A stretch of 63,371 nucleotides of DNA, counting the filler, from Octopus bimaculoides (taxonomy: Eukaryota), in NCBI RefSeq assembly GCF_001194135.2. It is 6 parts of 6 records of this genome, joined end to end, with 100 filler letters (N's around TTAATTAATTAA, not from the genome) between each part and the next. Parts side by side here need not be neighbours in the genome. Positions count along the whole stretch, not along the records: positions 56,477 to 63,371 come from NC_069004.1; 5 more parts are not named here. One strand, 5' to 3'. Shown here one piece after another: positions 62,944 through 63,371 of this stretch (positions are counted from its first letter, which is position 1; each line of letters begins with the position of its first letter). The notes under the pieces are model-generated. The model ran no database searches and was not told the origin of the DNA. It worked only from the letters and a program-made list of their open reading frames with translations. A program made the translations under genes and the position numbers.

Positions 62944-63371
62944 AAGCAAAAAACACCTTCCTATGGTGAGATAAATTCACAGAATGAAGTAAACAGATAT
63001 ATCCAGATCACATGATTTCAAACTCTGATAATTTTCATCTTTGTTCTCATCAGTGGATATTACCAGTACTCCAGGTTAAAAAGGGTAGCTTGCCTTCTGT
63101 AACTCATGAGAAAAAAACCTATATTATAATATATTTGATATATTATTTTATTTTATACACTTCAACTGTTTTGAATAAGCATAAGCTTTTGAGCAGTTTT
63201 TTTTCTCATGAGTTACATGAAGCAAGCTACCCTTTTTAACCCGGAGTACCAGTAATATCCACTGATGAAAACCAAGAAGAAAATTATCAGCATTTGAAAT
63301 CACGTAACCTGGATATATCCGTTTACTTCATTCTGTGGGTTTATCTCACCATAGGAAGGTGTTTGTTGCTT
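62944..63371. mobile_element. Foldback/MITE element with inverted arms of at least 175 bp, running off the window
   Basis: 62944-63118 is the reverse complement of 63196-63371; AT-rich spacer of about 77 bp. Confidence 0.9.

Overview
Eukaryotic, AT-rich, mostly non-coding DNA from a gapped draft assembly. It is almost certainly a coleoid cephalopod, probably Octopus, inferred from the tRNA-derived SINE families and extreme microsatellite density. The supplied ORF track is essentially artefact: microsatellites and N-runs. Supportable content: more than 35 SINE copies from four head types with shuffled tails; RTE-clade and R4/Dong-like (RLE) LINE 3' ends; a decayed full-length IR/DR Tc1 element; mariner relics; several foldback/MITE elements; and five 100-bp scaffold linkers (N44-TTAATTAATTAA-N44). 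Three families of Penelope-like terminal repeats carry type I hammerhead ribozyme folds. One of these is overlapped by a 61-bp palindrome and one sits in the loop of a foldback element. A 57-bp tandem array missed by the ORF track reads as a 19-aa repeat over about 315 codons with a single stop. There is also a CpG/CCAAT/E2F-rich promoter candidate and a few unidentified candidate exons (best: 60458-60615). No host gene could be named. All calls were made by eye; no database search was run.
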